64,000 nucleotides of DNA from an uncultured Burkholderiales bacterium (GCA_964523885.1 CAZFYX010000038.1:64255-128254), one strand, 5' to 3'; shown: positions 48,835-58,488, counted from the stretch's first letter. Notes: generated by a model not told the origin, from the sequence alone. Program-made: numbers and translations.

Positions 48835-50396
48835 CGACACGCTCGCGCTATTACCCCAACCTGTACAAGGACTCGGTCTCGCTGATGACCGTCACGGCCA
48901 AGGTCACTGCCGTCCCGGGCATCGAGGCGGGATCGGTGGTGATGGCCTCGGCCACCAATGTCGAGAACCTCGAGCGCGCCGGCCTCGGCCAATTCGAGGT
49001 TCGGCCCAACGATCTGGTCGTCGCAGTGTCCGGCACCGAGGCGGCCTGTGACGAGGCGCTGCAGAAGGCCGACGGCCTGCTGCAGGCGAAGGCGGACGGA
49101 GGCGGCGAAGGGGAGTCTGCCGCGCAGGCGCCGGTCACCAGCATCCAGATGGCGGTTGCGCGCGATCCCGCCAGCAACTTCGCGCTGATCTCGGTGCCCG
49201 GCGACTACGCCGCTGCCGAGGCGATGAAGGCGCTGCGGCTGGGCCTGCACGTGATGATGTTCAGCGACAACGTGCCCGGGGAGAGCGAGCTCGCGCTCAA
49301 GCAGTACGCCGATGCGCACGGGCTGATGGTCATGGGCCCCGACTGCGGCACGGCGATCGTCAACGGCGTGCCGCTGGGCTTCGCCAACGTGGTGCGGCGT
49401 GGGCCGATCGGCGTGGTTGGGGCGTCCGGCACCGGCACGCAGGAGGTGACCGCGCGCATCCACCAGCTCGGCTCGGGTGTCTCGCAGGCGCTGGGCACGG
49501 GCGGCCATGACCTGTCGCAGAAGATCGGCGGCATTTCGATGCTCTATGGCCTGCGCGCGCTCGATTCCGATCCGGCGACTAAGGTGATCGTGCTGGTGTC
49601 CAAGCCGCCGTCGAGGGAGATCGCCGATCGCGTCCTCGCAACCGCGGAGGCCAGCCCCAAGCCCGTGGTCGTGATCTTCCTGGGTGCCGATGCAGAGACG
49701 ATCACGCGCAACGGCGTATACGGCGCCAACTATCTGGCCCAGGCCGCCGACATGGCGGCGGCACTGGCGAAGGGCGAGCAGGCCGCTGCAGCGCCCATCG
49801 CCGTGTCGAGCGAGATGCGCAGCAAGCTCGCGGGCTTCGCACGCGGCATGGCGTCCACGCAGCGCCATGTGCGCGGCATCTTCTCCGGCGGCACCTTCTG
49901 CTTCGAGGCGCAGCTGGTGCACGCGGCCGCCGGCCTGCGTGCCTGGTCGAACACGCCGACCGCCGGCAACGAGAAGCTCGCGGACAACTGGAAGAGCGTG
50001 GAGAACACCATCGTCGACATGGGTGACGACGAGTTCACCCAGGGGCGGCCGCACCCGATGATCGACCCGTCGCTGCGCGATGCGCGCATCCGCGACGAGG
50101 TCTCGGATCCGGCCACGGCGGTGGTGCTGTTCGACGTCGTGCTGGGCTACGGTGCGGCGGACGACCCCACCGCGAAGCTGTTGGGCGTGATCGGCTCGGC
50201 CCGGGGGCAGGCCGCGGCCGCCGGCCGCAATGTCGCGTTCATCGCGCACGTGTGTGGCACCGACCAGGACCCGCAGGACCGCAACCAGATCGTCGCCGGC
50301 CTCAAGGCCGCGGGTGTGCTGGTGGCATCCTCCAATGCCGAAGCGGCCACGTGGTCGGCCGCGATCATCGGCGATCGTCAGGGAGCGAAGGCGTGA
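48831..50396 (+). CDS. fdrA: FdrA-family acyl-CoA-synthetase-like protein
   Basis: N-terminal ...YKDSVSLM... as in E. coli FdrA. Succinyl-CoA-ligase alpha-like domains (GPDCGTAI, GVVGASGTG). Confidence 0.8.
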   Translation: MTTRSRYYPNLYKDSVSLMTVTAKVTAVPGIEAGSVVMASATNVENLERAGLGQFEVRPNDLVVAVSGTEAACDEALQKADGLLQAKADGGGEGESAAQAPVTSIQMAVARDPASNFALISVPGDYAAAEAMKALRLGLHVMMFSDNVPGESELALKQYADAHGLMVMGPDCGTAIVNGVPLGFANVVRRGPIGVVGASGTGTQEVTARIHQLGSGVSQALGTGGHDLSQKIGGISMLYGLRALDSDPATKVIVLVSKPPSREIADRVLATAEASPKPVVVIFLGADAETITRNGVYGANYLAQAADMAAALAKGEQAAAAPIAVSSEMRSKLAGFARGMASTQRHVRGIFSGGTFCFEAQLVHAAAGLRAWSNTPTAGNEKLADNWKSVENTIVDMGDDEFTQGRPHPMIDPSLRDARIRDEVSDPATAVVLFDVVLGYGAADDPTAKLLGVIGSARGQAAAAGRNVAFIAHVCGTDQDPQDRNQIVAGLKAAGVLVASSNAEAATWSAAIIGDRQGAKA

Positions 50397-51805
50397 ACAA
50401 GCTGTTCGAACAGGACCTCAAGGTCGTCAACGTCGGCCTGCAGGGCTTCGCCAACAACATCACCGCCGCCGGCGGACAGGTCACGCACCTGAGCTGGTCG
50501 CCGCCCGCGGGCGCGGACGCCGCGCTGGGCTGGACGCTCGCGAACATGATCGGCGATCCGCGCATCGACGAGGCGAACCGCACGGCCTACGGGCGCTACC
50601 TGGCAGCGCAACCGCGGCTGGTGGACTTCGTGCTCGCACGCGAGGCGATTCCCGCGATGCGCGAGCGGCGCATCCTGCACTCGGGTCCGCCGATCGCGTG
50701 GCAGGACATGTGCGGGCCGCAGCAGGGCGCGATCTGCGGCGCCATCCTGTTCGAGGGCTGGGCCGCTACGCTGGAGGCCGCCGAGAAGCTGGCAGCGAGC
50801 GGCGGAGTGGCGCTGGAACCGTGCCACACCTATGGCGCCGTCGGTCCCATGGCCGGAATCATCAGCCCCTCGATGCCGGTGTGGGTGGTGGAGAACACCG
50901 CGGCCGGCAACCGCGCGTTCTGCAACGTCAACGAGGGCCTGGGCAAGGTGCTGCGCTTCGGTGCCAACTCGCCGGAGGTGCTCGAGCGCCTGCGCTGGCT
51001 GGGCGGCGAGTTCTTCCAGACCATGCAGGCAGCGGTACGCGGCCTCGCCGACGCCGACCTCAAGCCGCTGATGGCGCAGGCGCTGCACATGGGCGACGAG
51101 CTGCACAACCGCAACGCGGCGGCCTCCGGCCTGATGTTCAAGCGCTTCACCCTCGCGCTGCTCGGCTCGAAGGTCGAGAGCAGCGCGGTCAAGCGCGCGC
51201 TCGCGTTCGTCGCGGGCAACGACCACTTCTTCCTCAACCTCTCGATGGCGGCGTGCAAGTCGATGACCGATGCCGCGCACAACGTGGCGGGCAGCACCAT
51301 GGTCACGGTGATGGCGCGCAACGGGGTGAACTTCGGCATCCGCCTGAGCGGCACCGGCGACCAGTGGTTCCAGGCGCCCGCCAATCCGGTGAACGGGCTG
51401 TACTTCCCCGGCTACAGCATCGAGGATGCTGCGGCGGACCTGGGCGACTCGGCGATCACCGAGACCAATGGCCTGGGCGGCTTCGCCATGGCGGCATCGC
51501 CGGCGATCGTGCAGTTCGTCGGGGGGACGCCGGCGGATGCGACCGCCAACAGCCGCCGCATGCTGTCGATCACGCTGGGCAGCAACCCGGCATTCACGCT
51601 GCCGGCGCTGAACTTCGGCGGCACGCCGGCTGGCATCGACGCGCGGCTGGTGGTGGATTCGGGCGTGCTTCCGATCATCAACACCGGCATCGCGCACAAG
51701 AAGGCCGGCATTGGGCAGATCGGCGCCGGCATCACCACGGCGCCGATGGAATGCTTCAACCACGCGCTCGCGGCGCTCGGCAGGACGCTCGCGCGCGCTT
51801 CGTAA
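50393..51805 (+). CDS. DUF1116 (YlbE-like) protein
   Basis: Strong resemblance to YlbE (LHSGPPI.WQDMCGP, LFEGWA, CH..GAVGPMAGI.SPSMPV.VVEN...GNRAFCN.NEGLGKVLRFGA). GTG start overlaps the fdrA stop (GTGA). Confidence 0.8.
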   Translation: MNKLFEQDLKVVNVGLQGFANNITAAGGQVTHLSWSPPAGADAALGWTLANMIGDPRIDEANRTAYGRYLAAQPRLVDFVLAREAIPAMRERRILHSGPPIAWQDMCGPQQGAICGAILFEGWAATLEAAEKLAASGGVALEPCHTYGAVGPMAGIISPSMPVWVVENTAAGNRAFCNVNEGLGKVLRFGANSPEVLERLRWLGGEFFQTMQAAVRGLADADLKPLMAQALHMGDELHNRNAAASGLMFKRFTLALLGSKVESSAVKRALAFVAGNDHFFLNLSMAACKSMTDAAHNVAGSTMVTVMARNGVNFGIRLSGTGDQWFQAPANPVNGLYFPGYSIEDAAADLGDSAITETNGLGGFAMAASPAIVQFVGGTPADATANSRRMLSITLGSNPAFTLPALNFGGTPAGIDARLVVDSGVLPIINTGIAHKKAGIGQIGAGITTAPMECFNHALAALGRTLARAS

Positions 51806-51821
51806 CTGCTGGAAACACGCA

Positions 51822-52220
51822 ATGAGCGACAACGTACTGCTGGCCGTGAACGGGACCCTTATGCGGGGGCTCAAGCTGAACCCGAACATGCTCGCGGCGA
51901 AGGCCACCTTCGTGCGCGAGGCGAAGACCGAGTCGGTCTACCGGATCTGGACCGTCAACGACGAGCACCCCGCGATGGTGCGCGTGACCGACGGCAAGGG
52001 CGTGCAGGTGGCGCTGGAGGTGTGGTCGGTGCCGGCGGCCGGGCTCGCCTCGATCCTGCTCAACGAGCCGCCCGGGCTGTCGATCGGCAAGGTGAAGCTG
52101 GAGGACGGCAGCACCGTGCTGGGCGTGCTGGGCGAGCCGGCGCTGGTGGAGGGGCAGAAGGAGATCACGCGCTACGGCGGCTGGCGCGCCTACATCGCGG
52201 CCGAGCACGTGCGGTCGTGA
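51822..52220 (+). CDS. gamma-glutamylcyclotransferase-like / allophanate-hydrolase C-terminal-domain-like protein
   Basis: 132 aa. N-terminus LLAVNGTLMRG and EVW.VP motifs typical of the GGCT-like fold. Confidence 0.5.
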   Translation: MSDNVLLAVNGTLMRGLKLNPNMLAAKATFVREAKTESVYRIWTVNDEHPAMVRVTDGKGVQVALEVWSVPAAGLASILLNEPPGLSIGKVKLEDGSTVLGVLGEPALVEGQKEITRYGGWRAYIAAEHVRS

Positions 52221-52281
52221 CCATCGCGGGCGCGGGCCGGAAGATGCAGGCCGCGTGGCCCGGACACAGGAGGAGGCTGGG

Positions 52282-53238
52282 ATGAGCGGACGAGGCAAGA
52301 CCGCGATTGTCGCGGTGGGCGGCAACGCCCTGATCATCGACGACCAGCACCAGTCCATTCCGGACCAGTACAAGGCGGCGGCGATCTCCTCGCGCTACGT
52401 CGCCGACATGGTGGAAGCCGGCGTCACCGTGATCCTCACGCACGGCAATGGACCGCAGGTCGGCTTCATCCTGCGCCGCTCCGGCATCGCCAAGGGACAG
52501 GTGCCCGAAGTCCCGGTGGACTACGCCGATGCCGACACCCAGGGCGCCATCGGCTACATGTTCCAGCGCGCGCTCTACAACGAGTTCCGCCGCCGCGGCC
52601 TCAAGCGCAAGGTGGTGGCGGTGGTGACGCAGGTGCTGGTCGACCGCAACGACCCGGCCCTGCTCAACCCGACCAAGCCGATCGGCGCGCACATGGAGCA
52701 GGAGGTGGCGCAGGCCCTGGCCGCCAACTTCGGCTGGGTCGTGAAGGAAGACGCAGGACGCGGCTGGCGGCGCGTGGTGGGCTCGCCGAAGCCCAGGCGT
52801 ATCGTCGAGCTCGAGATCATCCAGTCGCTGGTCGAGCAGGGCCATATCGTCATCGCCTGCGGGGGCGGCGGCATCCCCGTGGTCGAGGATGCGCAGGGCA
52901 ACCTCGAGGGCCTGGAAGCGGTGATCGACAAGGACTTCGCGTCGGCGCTGCTGGCCCACGACCTGAACGCAGACCTGTTCGTCGTCTCCACCGGCGTGGA
53001 GAAGGTGGCGATCCACTTCAACACGCCGCAGCAGCGCTGGCTCGACCAGATGACGCTGACGCAGGCGAAGGGCTATCTCGCAGACGGGCACTTCCCCAAG
53101 GGCAGCATGGGGCCGAAGATCGAGGCGATCGCCTCGTTCCTCGAGCCGGGCGGGGCGCGCCGCGCCATCATCACTGATCCGCCCAACCTCGGCCGGGCGT
53201 TGTCCGGTGCGACCGGTACCCACGTGATTCCCGGATGA
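52282..53238 (+). CDS. arcC: carbamate kinase
   Basis: Motifs IVAVGGNAL, THGNGPQVG, and a C-terminal ...KGSMGPKIEA... SD AGGAGGAGG. Confidence 0.85.
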   Translation: MSGRGKTAIVAVGGNALIIDDQHQSIPDQYKAAAISSRYVADMVEAGVTVILTHGNGPQVGFILRRSGIAKGQVPEVPVDYADADTQGAIGYMFQRALYNEFRRRGLKRKVVAVVTQVLVDRNDPALLNPTKPIGAHMEQEVAQALAANFGWVVKEDAGRGWRRVVGSPKPRRIVELEIIQSLVEQGHIVIACGGGGIPVVEDAQGNLEGLEAVIDKDFASALLAHDLNADLFVVSTGVEKVAIHFNTPQQRWLDQMTLTQAKGYLADGHFPKGSMGPKIEAIASFLEPGGARRAIITDPPNLGRALSGATGTHVIPG

Positions 53239-53248
53239 TGTGAGCTTT

Positions 53249-53289
53249 TCTCCCTCTTCCTCGAGAGGAGAGGGTGGAGGTGAGGGTGA
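53249..53289. repeat. REP-like palindromic element (CTCCCTC...GAGAGGG..GGTGAGGG family), copy 1
   Basis: TCTCCCTCTTCCTCGAGAGGAGAGGGTGGAGGTGAGGGTGA. Related to the copies at 58380, 60509 and 60625. Confidence 0.6.
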
Positions 53290-53372
53290 TCGGCGCGAAC
53301 GCGCCGGCATGAAGTACGTAGCGCTGTTGTTCGACACTGCACTGCATATCACAACAAATCGGGGGGTTCGAA

Positions 53373-54923
53373 ATGGCGACGACGGAAGGGACGCAACTGA
53401 CCGGTGCACCGCGATGGTGGGTGGCGGGCGACCTCAATGGCTTCTTCGGGCTGTTCACCAACATCCTGCTCAACGTGATCGTGCTCACCGGCCTGTCGCT
53501 CGGGCTGGTGCAGCTGCCGCCCGACATCGTGTACGGACGCATCCTGCCCGCGCTCGGGATCGCACTGGCGCTGGGCAACATCTTCTACGGCTGGATGGCC
53601 TACCAGCTGGCGAAGAAGGAAGGGCGCAACAACGTGACGGCGATGCCCTACGGGCCCAGCGTGCCGCACATGTTCATCGTCGTGTTCCTGGTCATGCTGC
53701 CGGTCTACCTGCAGACCAAGGACCCGCTGCTGGCCTGGCAGGCCGGGTTGGCGTGGTGCCTGATCATCGGCGTAATCGTGCTGCTCGGCGCCTTCGTCGG
53801 GCCCTTCATCCGCCGCGTCACCCCGCGTGCGGCGATGCTCGGCACGCTGGCCGGGATTTCCATCACGTTCATCTCGATGCGGCCGGCATTCCAGATCTGG
53901 GAGGCGCCCTACATCGGGCTGGCTTCGCTCGCCATCGTGCTGATCGCCTGGACGGCCGGCATGCGCCTGCCGGGCAACGTGCCGGGCGGGCTGGCCGCCG
54001 TGCTCGTCGGGACCGCGATCGGCTGGATCGCCTCGCTCGCCGGCTGGAGCGATTACATGGTGCCGGCTGCCGTGAGCGCCTCTGTCGACACTTTCGGCCT
54101 GCACGTGCCGCTGTTCTCCGGTGACGTATTTACGGGCCTCAAGCAGGTCGCACCGCTGCTCGCCACGGCCATCCCGCTGGGCATATACAACTTCGTCGAG
54201 GCGATGAACAATGTCGAGAGCGCCTCTGCCGCCGGCGACAGCTACGACCTGCGCAAGGTCCTGCTGGCCGACGGCAGCGGGGCCATCATCGGTGCGCTGA
54301 TGGGCAGCCCCTTCCCGCCGGCGGTCTACATCGGCCATCCGGGCTGGAAGGCGGTGGGCGGGCGCATCGGCTACTCGCTGGCCACCGGGCTGGTGATCGC
54401 GCTGGTGTGCTTCCTCGGGCTGACGGCGCTGCTGCTGGCCGTGATCCCGCTGGTGGCGATCCTGCCGATCCTGCTCTACATCGGCCTGGTGATCGGCGCG
54501 CAGGCGTTCCAGGCCACGCCGGAGAACCATGCGCCCGCGGTGGTGCTGGCGATCATTCCGAACCTCGCCGAGTGGGCCAAGACGCAGATCGACGGTGCGC
54601 TCGGCGCAGCCGGCACCTCGGTCGCGCAGGTCGGACTGGACAAGCTGGCCGGCACCGGCGTGCTGTACCACGGCCTCGAGCTGCTGGGCGGCGGGTCGGT
54701 GCTCGCCGGCATGGTGCTGGGTGCGATGGCGGCGTTCATCATCGAGAAGCGCCTGGTGACTGCCGCGATCACGGCCTTCATCGGTGCTGCCCTGTCCTAC
54801 ATCGGACTGATCCATGGTACGCAGCTGGGCTGGGGGATCTCGCCGATCGTCGCGCTCGGCTACGTCTTCTTCGCGCTGGTGTGCCTGGGGGTCGCGGCGC
54901 AGGCGAAGGCGGGCGTGAAGTAG
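53373..54923 (+). CDS. NCS2/AzgA-like nucleobase-type permease
   Basis: 516 aa, polytopic. N-terminal ...DLNGFFGLFTNILLNVIVL... and overall pattern resemble AGZA-family purine permeases. Substrate not inferable. Confidence 0.6.
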   Translation: MATTEGTQLTGAPRWWVAGDLNGFFGLFTNILLNVIVLTGLSLGLVQLPPDIVYGRILPALGIALALGNIFYGWMAYQLAKKEGRNNVTAMPYGPSVPHMFIVVFLVMLPVYLQTKDPLLAWQAGLAWCLIIGVIVLLGAFVGPFIRRVTPRAAMLGTLAGISITFISMRPAFQIWEAPYIGLASLAIVLIAWTAGMRLPGNVPGGLAAVLVGTAIGWIASLAGWSDYMVPAAVSASVDTFGLHVPLFSGDVFTGLKQVAPLLATAIPLGIYNFVEAMNNVESASAAGDSYDLRKVLLADGSGAIIGALMGSPFPPAVYIGHPGWKAVGGRIGYSLATGLVIALVCFLGLTALLLAVIPLVAILPILLYIGLVIGAQAFQATPENHAPAVVLAIIPNLAEWAKTQIDGALGAAGTSVAQVGLDKLAGTGVLYHGLELLGGGSVLAGMVLGAMAAFIIEKRLVTAAITAFIGAALSYIGLIHGTQLGWGISPIVALGYVFFALVCLGVAAQAKAGVK

Positions 54924-54940
54924 ATTCGGGAGGTGTACGC

Positions 54941-54967
54941 GCACCCGCTCCCACTGGGAGCGGGTGC
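54941..54967 (+). terminator. stem-loop after the permease gene
   Basis: GCACCCGCTCCCA-C-TGGGAGCGGGTGC (13-nt arms), 18 nt after the stop. No T-tract. Confidence 0.4.
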
Positions 54968-55058
54968 GTGCATCGGCGGATAGCGACGAAAGGGCTGCCG
55001 GCTCCGCGAGCCTGCAGCATCCCTTCGCCAAGCCTGGTCACAACCGCAGGAGAGGCAG

Positions 55059-55316
55059 ATGGAAGCAGAGCGCGGGCTCGTGGTCCACTTCATGGACGGA
55101 ACGACCATGAAGCTCGAGTTCCCAAAGCAGGTGAAGCACGACGACTCCATCGTTCCCCGACTGGAGAAGATCCTCGAGCGGCAGACGCTGATGGCGGAGG
55201 TCGAGGGCAGCCTGCTGATGGTCCCGCTCAACAACGTGAAGTATCTGCAGGTGTATCCCGCGCCGGCACGCCTGCCGGACTATGCTCTGCGGGAAGCGAA
55301 GGCCCGTTCCGACTGA
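55059..55316 (+). CDS. hypothetical small protein (85 aa)
   Basis: Good SD (GGAGAGG) and balanced, protein-like composition (MEAERGLVVHFMDGTTMKLEFPKQVKHDD...). No family recognised. Confidence 0.5.
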   Translation: MEAERGLVVHFMDGTTMKLEFPKQVKHDDSIVPRLEKILERQTLMAEVEGSLLMVPLNNVKYLQVYPAPARLPDYALREAKARSD

Positions 55317-55462
55317 GTGCTCGGGAACCGGGCGGCGGATACCATGCACGCCAGGCGGTGCCCGGGCGCATCGCGCGGAGACGCGCCAATGCGCTGGCCG
55401 CGGCCGGCGCTCCACTTGACGGACGGGGCGCGGTGCCGCGCGGGCAGGACCGCCGGTCCGGC

Positions 55463-55837
55463 CTACTTGTTCATCGCCTTCCAGCGGCCGTCGGGCTGCT
55501 TGCAGAGGTCGAAGACGCTCTGGTTCTTCAGTCCGGCGGCGTGGCTGAGCACACGGATGGTGCGACAGGTCATGCCGTCGGGGCCGGTGTAGGTGGCGAG
55601 CGGCATCATGGTGCCGGACGCACTCGTGGACGGATTCTCCCAGCCGCGGCGCCCGCCGTCGGGGGTATTGTCGAGTGCATCGACGGCGGCCTGGTACATG
55701 AGATCCACGTCCTCGGCGGTCATGCGGCTGATCGGGGCCTGGCCGAGGAAGCCGAGGTTGGCGGCCGACGCGGTGCTGCACGTGAGTGCCAGGCAAGTTG
55801 CCAGGCTGGCGAATCGAAGCTTCATCGTCGAGGGCAC
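55463..55837 (-). CDS. small secreted surface-antigen-like protein
   Basis: Signal peptide (MKLRFASLATCLALTCSTASA/AN). Start at 55837 or 55825. The family call is tentative. Confidence 0.45.
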   Translation of the reverse strand: MPSTMKLRFASLATCLALTCSTASAANLGFLGQAPISRMTAEDVDLMYQAAVDALDNTPDGGRRGWENPSTSASGTMMPLATYTGPDGMTCRTIRVLSHAAGLKNQSVFDLCKQPDGRWKAMNK

Positions 55838-55975
55838 CAGTGATTTCTGTGCCGATACTATACCGCTCCCGGATATGCGAGGCGCGCGGGGGAGTCCTGC
55901 GGCGTCAACGCGCGGGCGGGTGACTTCCTGCTCCCCGGTACGGGAACGCCGCGACCAGCCCGCCTCCGGCCTTCT

Positions 55976-56902
55976 CTAGTCGAACCAGCGGTACTGCAGG
56001 TACAGCGAGTAGGTGTCGAAGTCGCCCCCGACGCGCGTGGCCAGTCCGTTGGACCAGGCCGCCTTGAGCGAGATGTCGCGCGTGAGCGGGTATGCGAACG
56101 TAAGACCGTAGCGCGTGTTGGATTGCATGTCGCCCTGGTCCCTGCCGTTGAGCGACGATTCCCCGCCGGTGTACCAGGTGTAATCCACCGCCAGCCACAT
56201 GCCGGGACGGAAGGTGTACCCGGCATGGGCCTGGAGCGACCACAGCGGGTCCTGCTCGCGCTTGTTGCCGCCGAAGTAATCGTCGTTGTCCGTGAACAGC
56301 CAGACCCCCCCGATCAGCTCGGTGAACAGGTTGCCGATGGGATAGGTGGCGCCGATCTCCGGCTTGAACGACCAGCGGTTGGAGCCGATGTTGACCAGCT
56401 TCGAGCTGTCGTACTCGCCCAGCGGCGGGACCACGGTGAGGCTGGTGCCCAGCGCGAACGCATCCGCCCGGTGCGCGAACTCCTGCGGCGTGAGTGCGGG
56501 CGAGTTGATCAATCCCAGGTAGAAGCGCAGGCGCGGATCCCCGAATCCGGTGCGCGAGACGGCGCGGCGTGACTCGCCGACGTCGCCGCTCGCATCCAGC
56601 CAGACGTAGGGCACCGCGATGCCGAAGCTGGCGCTCTGGCCGAACAGGCCGAACGTGCGCAGGTAGCCGACGATCGACGAGGTGGCATCCGCGTCCACGT
56701 TGGTGACCGGTGACGTAGGGTCGGTCAGGACGCTGCCGGTCTGGTAGACCACGCCGATGAGGGCGAAGTTGGTTCCGGTCGGAGAGGGCGAGTAGGTGCG
56801 GGGCTCGAGCTCCTGGGCGTGCACGCCGCCCAGTGCGAACAGGATCGCCGCAGCGCTGATCCGTGCGGCGAACCGGATGAGGCGAAGATGCGTACCAAAC
56901 AT
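55976..56902 (-). CDS. outer-membrane transporter of the MetA-pathway (phenol-degradation-like) family
   Basis: Signal peptide followed by family-typical EPRTYSPSPTGTNF, GDPRLRF and a C-terminal ...LQYRWFD. Confidence 0.7.
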   Translation of the reverse strand: MFGTHLRLIRFAARISAAAILFALGGVHAQELEPRTYSPSPTGTNFALIGVVYQTGSVLTDPTSPVTNVDADATSSIVGYLRTFGLFGQSASFGIAVPYVWLDASGDVGESRRAVSRTGFGDPRLRFYLGLINSPALTPQEFAHRADAFALGTSLTVVPPLGEYDSSKLVNIGSNRWSFKPEIGATYPIGNLFTELIGGVWLFTDNDDYFGGNKREQDPLWSLQAHAGYTFRPGMWLAVDYTWYTGGESSLNGRDQGDMQSNTRYGLTFAYPLTRDISLKAAWSNGLATRVGGDFDTYSLYLQYRWFD

Positions 56903-57090
56903 GATGCGGGGTCGGGGAGCGGAGCATTATGCTAACCGAAACCTCATCGCTTTCCGAGACCGCGCACGCCTGCGGTGCCCGCGTGCCTGCCGTCGCACCA
57001 ACACTGGGCGTGCGGGGGGCGCGCGCTGCGTGGTAGCCTTGCACGCTGCGACGCCGCCATACTCGGCGCGCTGCGCCTGCCAACGCCTCG

Positions 57091-57987
57091 TTGATTCACA
57101 TGCCTCCATCATCCGTGCTGGACGAAGCCGCTGGCGAACGAGCATCGGCCGGAGGCGCCGGTGCGCCTGCGGGATGGCGTGCGCAGCTGAGCCTCGAATT
57201 TGCTTGCCGGGGCGGCAGGACCGTGCTGGCTTCACGCGAGCATCGCGGTCCGCTGGTGGTGCAGCGGCCGCTGTACGAGGAAGGCGAGGCGGTGTGCCAG
57301 GTCGTGGTGGTGCACCCCCCGGGCGGGATCGCCGGGGGCGATCGGCTTGCACTGCGCGCGCGGGCGGGCGAAGGCGCGCGGGCGTTGCTGACGATGCCGG
57401 GCGCCGCGAAGTGGTATCGCAGTGCCGGCCCGTGGGCGACGCAGAACGCGGAGTTGCAGGTCGCGCCCGGGGCGGTGCTGGAGTGGCTGCCGCAGGAGAC
57501 CATCGTCTTCCGGGGTGCGCGGGCACAGCTGCATGCGCGCATCGAGCTGACCGGCGATGCGCTGTTCGCCGGCTGGGAAGTGGTGTGCTTCGGCCGCACG
57601 GCGGCGGGCGAGCGCTTCGGTGCCGGGCACTTCGGCCAGGCTACCGAGGTCGTGCACGAAGGCCGGATGCTGTTCGGCGAGTACGCGCAGATCGAGGGCG
57701 GGAGTGCGGTGCTGGATTCGAAGGCCGGGCTCGCGGGACATCCGGTCAGTGCGACGATGGTCGTCGCAGGACGGGACGCGGGCCGCGCGCTGCTGGCGCA
57801 GCTGCGGCTGGTGGAGCCGGCCCCGGGCTGCCTGGGCGGCGTGAGCACGCTGCCCGGGGTCACGGTCGCCCGCTTCCTCGGGCACAGCGCGGAGGCGGCG
57901 CGAGCATACTTCGTCGCGCTGTGGAAGCTGGCGCGACCGGCGTTGCTGGGAAGGGAAGCAGTGCCGCCGCGCATCTGGCGCTGCTGA
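57091..57987 (+). CDS. ureD: urease accessory protein UreD
   Basis: UreD pattern ([24 protein letters not shown]...). Position immediately upstream of ureA. Confidence 0.85.
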   Translation: MIHMPPSSVLDEAAGERASAGGAGAPAGWRAQLSLEFACRGGRTVLASREHRGPLVVQRPLYEEGEAVCQVVVVHPPGGIAGGDRLALRARAGEGARALLTMPGAAKWYRSAGPWATQNAELQVAPGAVLEWLPQETIVFRGARAQLHARIELTGDALFAGWEVVCFGRTAAGERFGAGHFGQATEVVHEGRMLFGEYAQIEGGSAVLDSKAGLAGHPVSATMVVAGRDAGRALLAQLRLVEPAPGCLGGVSTLPGVTVARFLGHSAEAARAYFVALWKLARPALLGREAVPPRIWRC

Positions 57988-58027
57988 GCACCAATCACGA
58001 ATCACGGATCACGAGTCACGGACGCAC

Positions 58028-58330
58028 ATGGAGCTGACACCCAGAGAGAAGGACAAGCTGCTGGTCTTCACCGCCGCGCTGCTGGCCGAGCGGCGCAAGG
58101 CGCGCGGGCTGAAGCTGAACTACCCGGAGTCGATCGCGCTGATCACCGCTGCGATCATGGAGGGCGCGCGCGACGGCAGGACGGTGGCCGAGCTGATGAG
58201 CTACGGCACCACGCTGCTCAAGCGCGAGGACGTGATGGAGGGCGTGCCGGAGATGATCCCGGAGATCCAGGTCGAGGCGACGTTCCCGGACGGGACCAAG
58301 CTGGTGACGGTGCACCACCCGATTGTTTGA
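58028..58330 (+). CDS. ureA: urease gamma subunit
   Basis: [34 protein letters not shown]... is canonical UreA, 100 aa. Confidence 0.95.
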   Translation: MELTPREKDKLLVFTAALLAERRKARGLKLNYPESIALITAAIMEGARDGRTVAELMSYGTTLLKREDVMEGVPEMIPEIQVEATFPDGTKLVTVHHPIV

Positions 58331-58468
58331 GGTGAAGAGGTGAAAAGGTGAAGAGGTGAACGTGATGCGCCTCACGTCATCCCCTCTCCCCCGCTGCGGG
58401 GAAGAGGGCAGGGTGAGGGGGCTTCACAGCGCGGAGCGCATTCGCCTTTTCACCTGACTCACCTCTTC
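58331..58468. repeat. composite repeat filling the ureA-ureB spacer
   Basis: Four tandem octamers, GGTGAAGA/GGTGAAAA/GGTGAAGA/GGTGAACG (58331-58362). REP-like core TCCCCTCTCCCCCGCTGCGGGGAAGAGGGCAGGGTGAGGGGG (58380-58421). Inverted partner CCTTTTCACCTGACTCACCTCTTC (58445-58468). Confidence 0.7.
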
Positions 58469-58488
58469 GACCGCAAGGGAGATGAAAA

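Noticed and set aside
57031-57043. TGGTAGCCTTGCA upstream of ureD as a sigma54 (-24/-12) promoter.
   Set aside because: The GG-to-GC spacing is 9 nt instead of the required 12.
58331-58362. Tandem GGTGAARA octamers as a CRISPR or VNTR array.
   Set aside because: There are only four 8-nt units with no spacers. They are better explained as one arm of the composite inverted repeat in the ureA-ureB spacer.
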